Assembly: GCA_964440635.1 (NCBI GenBank)
Contig: CAYTSZ010000002.1
Span: 1 to 36,430, forward strand
Reading direction: 5' to 3'
Source: an uncultured bacterium
GTDB taxonomy: Bacteria > T1Sed10-126
DNA length: 36,430 bases
Below the pieces are notes generated by a model, which saw only the letters and a list, made by a program, of their open reading frames with translations, did no database searches and was not told the DNA's origin. Position 1 is the first letter of the stretch. Every line of letters begins with the position of its first letter. Positions 34,529-36,430 of the stretch are shown here, piece by piece. The position numbers were made by a program, and so were the translations under genes.

Positions 34529-35049
34529 AAACTACAATTTCCGTGTTTGGCAGCGCCCGGGTAAAAAATGATTCTCCGGAATACGTTGAGGCTCAAAAAA
34601 TCGGAACCATACTTGGCCGGCACGGATTTGACCTTCTCTGCGGAGGATTTGCAGGAGTAATGGAAGCGGTATGCAGGGGCGCAATTGAAACGGGAGCAAA
34701 AACCACCGGGGTCGGCTTAAACAGTTTCACCGCCAGCCCCAACCCCTACATAGAAAACTACCTCAGCGTTGAAAATCTCAGTGATAGACTCGAATATTTT
34801 CGGGAAAATTCAAATTTAATTCTGGGGATGCCCGGAGGCATCGGAACTCTAACAGAAGTGATGTTCTTCTGGGATATGAGCAAAGCCGGTATAGAAGCCG
34901 ACCGCGACATTTTCCTCTACGGAAACTGCTGGAAAAAACTGATTCCCCATCTGAAAGAAAATTTTATCATTGAGGATAAATGTTTCGAATATGTCAGGCT
35001 ATTTTTAAAACCCACCCAACTGGAAGAGTATCTTAAAAATATTTCTTAA
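34525..35049 (+). CDS. LOG-family / TIGR00730-725-like Rossmann protein (so-called lysine decarboxylase family)
   Basis: VFGSA..., CGGFAGVMEAV and the PGGIGTLTE motif characteristic of LOG phosphoribohydrolases. Confidence 0.8.
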   Translation: MKTTISVFGSARVKNDSPEYVEAQKIGTILGRHGFDLLCGGFAGVMEAVCRGAIETGAKTTGVGLNSFTASPNPYIENYLSVENLSDRLEYFRENSNLILGMPGGIGTLTEVMFFWDMSKAGIEADRDIFLYGNCWKKLIPHLKENFIIEDKCFEYVRLFLKPTQLEEYLKNIS

Positions 35050-35053
35050 CCCG

Positions 35054-35494
35054 CTAAGAAAAAGAATCGAGACACTTTTTGAAACTTTTTCGAAACCGCT
35101 CCCTTTCGGCGGGAGTGAATGGAGGCGGGCCTTTAGTTTTATGTCCGGCGCGGCGGCTTTTTGCGGCGGTATGGCGAATGAGGAGCCGCTGTTCGATCTG
35201 CTCATTATTTATTCTTTCTCCACGAAATCTTACCACATGGCAGCCGGCCCCCAGGACAAGTGCTGCCAGACCAAGATCATCAGTCACCACTATATCCCCC
35301 CGGCTGCTATGATTATATATGTAATAATCAGCACCGTCCGCCCGATCCGAACTACAGTGAACAGTAACACTGTCATCATCACTGCTTATTTCATGATGCC
35401 GATTACATACCAGATGTACCGGATGGTCGCCGCTAAGTTCTATTACATCGGAAATCACCGGGCAGGCATCGGAATCGACATAGATAGCCCTCAT
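35054..35494 (-). CDS. YaiI/YqxD family protein (UPF0178/DUF188)
   Basis: IYVDSDACPV N-terminus, D..I......GDIVVT.D..LAA, and a C-terminal basic region. The length (146 aa) is typical. Confidence 0.8.
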   Translation of the reverse strand: MRAIYVDSDACPVISDVIELSGDHPVHLVCNRHHEISSDDDSVTVHCSSDRADGADYYIYNHSSRGDIVVTDDLGLAALVLGAGCHVVRFRGERINNEQIEQRLLIRHTAAKSRRAGHKTKGPPPFTPAERERFRKSFKKCLDSFS

Positions 35495-35503
35495 TTTCTC
35501 ACC

Positions 35504-36430
35504 TTATTGAGGTTCGGGGTGTTCTCGCAGGTAATCCAGGGTTTCCTCAATCTCTACCCCGGATATGGCAACATCCTCTAATTTATCCTCAAAATAAGCA
35601 TTGTAGCTGCCTATATCCAGCAGACCGTGGCCGCTCCAGTTGAAAACAATAGATTTTTCTTTCCCCTCTTCCCGTGCCTTAATTGCTTCTTGAATTGCAC
35701 AGTGGATTGCGTGGGTGGTTTCGGGTGCCGGTATAAATCCTTCGGTTCGGGCAAATAGAACACCGCTTTTATAACAGTCCAACTGTTCAAAAGAACGAGG
35801 AGTGATCAGCTTATCTTTCACAAGCTGGCTTACCAGAGGTGCCATACCGTGATATCTGAGGCCACCAGCATGAATTGGCGGTGGAACAAATTTGTGGCCC
35901 AGGGTATGCATCGCCAGAAGGGGAGTCAGACAGGCCTCATCCCCGTAGTCATAAGCATAAGGTGCTCTGGTTAAGGTGGGGCAGGCGGATGGTTCCACCG
36001 GATAAATATCGATCTCTTTGCCCTCTATTTTATCCAGCACAAACGGAAAAGCCAGACCGGCAAAATTACTGCCACCACCGGCGCAACCTATTACAACATC
36101 GGGTGTTCCTTCGTTTATTTCTGCAAGCTGTTTCTTTGTTTCGAGGCCTATCACTGTCTGATGCAGCAGCACATGATTAAGGACGCTGCCCAGAGCATAA
36201 CGGGTCTTACCGCTTTCGTCGCTGACCGCCTGTTCAACCGCTTCGCTGATGGCTATTCCGAGGCTACCGGGAGTATCGGGATCTTTCTCTAAAACCCGGC
36301 GGCCGGATTCAGTCTCTTCGCTGGGACTGGGGATACAATTACCACCCCATATTCTCATCAAACCCTTCCGGTAAGGTTTTTGGTCGTAACTGGCCCGGAC
36401 CATGAAAACTTTACACTCGAGATCAAACTG
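35504..36430 (-). CDS. TrpB-like PLP-dependent enzyme (tryptophan synthase beta, TrpB2 type), 5' end outside the window
   Basis: The frame stays open to 36430 ([22 protein letters not shown]...). It has the GGGSNFAG glycine loop and the [23 protein letters not shown] pattern typical of TrpB2. No trpA is adjacent. Confidence 0.85.
   Translation of the reverse strand, partial: QFDLECKVFMVRASYDQKPYRKGLMRIWGGNCIPSPSEETESGRRVLEKDPDTPGSLGIAISEAVEQAVSDESGKTRYALGSVLNHVLLHQTVIGLETKKQLAEINEGTPDVVIGCAGGGSNFAGLAFPFVLDKIEGKEIDIYPVEPSACPTLTRAPYAYDYGDEACLTPLLAMHTLGHKFVPPPIHAGGLRYHGMAPLVSQLVKDKLITPRSFEQLDCYKSGVLFARTEGFIPAPETTHAIHCAIQEAIKAREEGKEKSIVFNWSGHGLLDIGSYNAYFEDKLEDVAISGVEIEETLDYLREHPEPQ

Noticed and set aside
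1-36430. tRNA, rRNA, riboswitch or transposase genes
   Set aside because: I scanned the intergenic regions by eye for tRNA T-arm or acceptor patterns, rRNA-like segments and known leader motifs such as THF or preQ1 upstream of folE2, and found nothing convincing. This scan is not exhaustive; tRNAscan-SE and Infernal/Rfam should be run.

Overview
36.4-kb bacterial chromosomal window with moderate to low GC. I cannot assign a lineage from the sequence alone. It is densely coding, and most genes lie on the minus strand in housekeeping operons. In coordinate order these are: Nif3 / zinc-ribbon / RNase H; Trm112; GT4 glycosyltransferase, acyl-CoA ligase, PHP phosphoesterase and FolE2; DUF1189, a GshA-like ligase and D-aminoacylase; a sensor kinase plus PilZ; rpsB-tsf-pyrH-frr-uppS-cdsA-dxr; rseP-ispG plus a methyltransferase; a five-gene phosphonate operon (PepM-nucleotidyltransferase fusion, Ppd, LicC-like nucleotidyltransferase, Fe-alcohol dehydrogenase, SpsF/PseG-like fusion); a secreted protein; pyrF-orf94-LOG; YaiI; and a TrpB2 gene cut by the window edge. 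I recognised no rRNA, tRNA, CRISPR array, transposase, integrase or cas gene. Two things stand out. (1) Four large intergenic gaps (7642-8091, 8977-9526, 12405-13152, 21523-22199) plus the shorter trm112/GT4 gap (2744-3018) are filled with a modular, nested repeat system, and the 25286-25624 gap carries one solo hairpin. The modules are 9-bp-stem REP-type hairpins in ordered arrays, a roughly 93-107-bp long-hairpin element sitting inside the REP loop, and 300-650-bp mosaic repeats. In the long-hairpin element the central loop is inverted between copies while the flanks stay fixed. The mosaic repeats share 55/55 and 87/89 identical segments, carry nested indels and include heptamer arrays. These repeats sit exactly at the junctions where the widely conserved rpsB...dxr-rseP gene order is permuted. 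(2) The phosphonate operon predicts a CMP-activated 2-hydroxyethylphosphonate route. It has three nucleotidyltransferase-type domains and no aminotransferase or obvious transferase. All identities and motif calls were made by eye and need computational confirmation.
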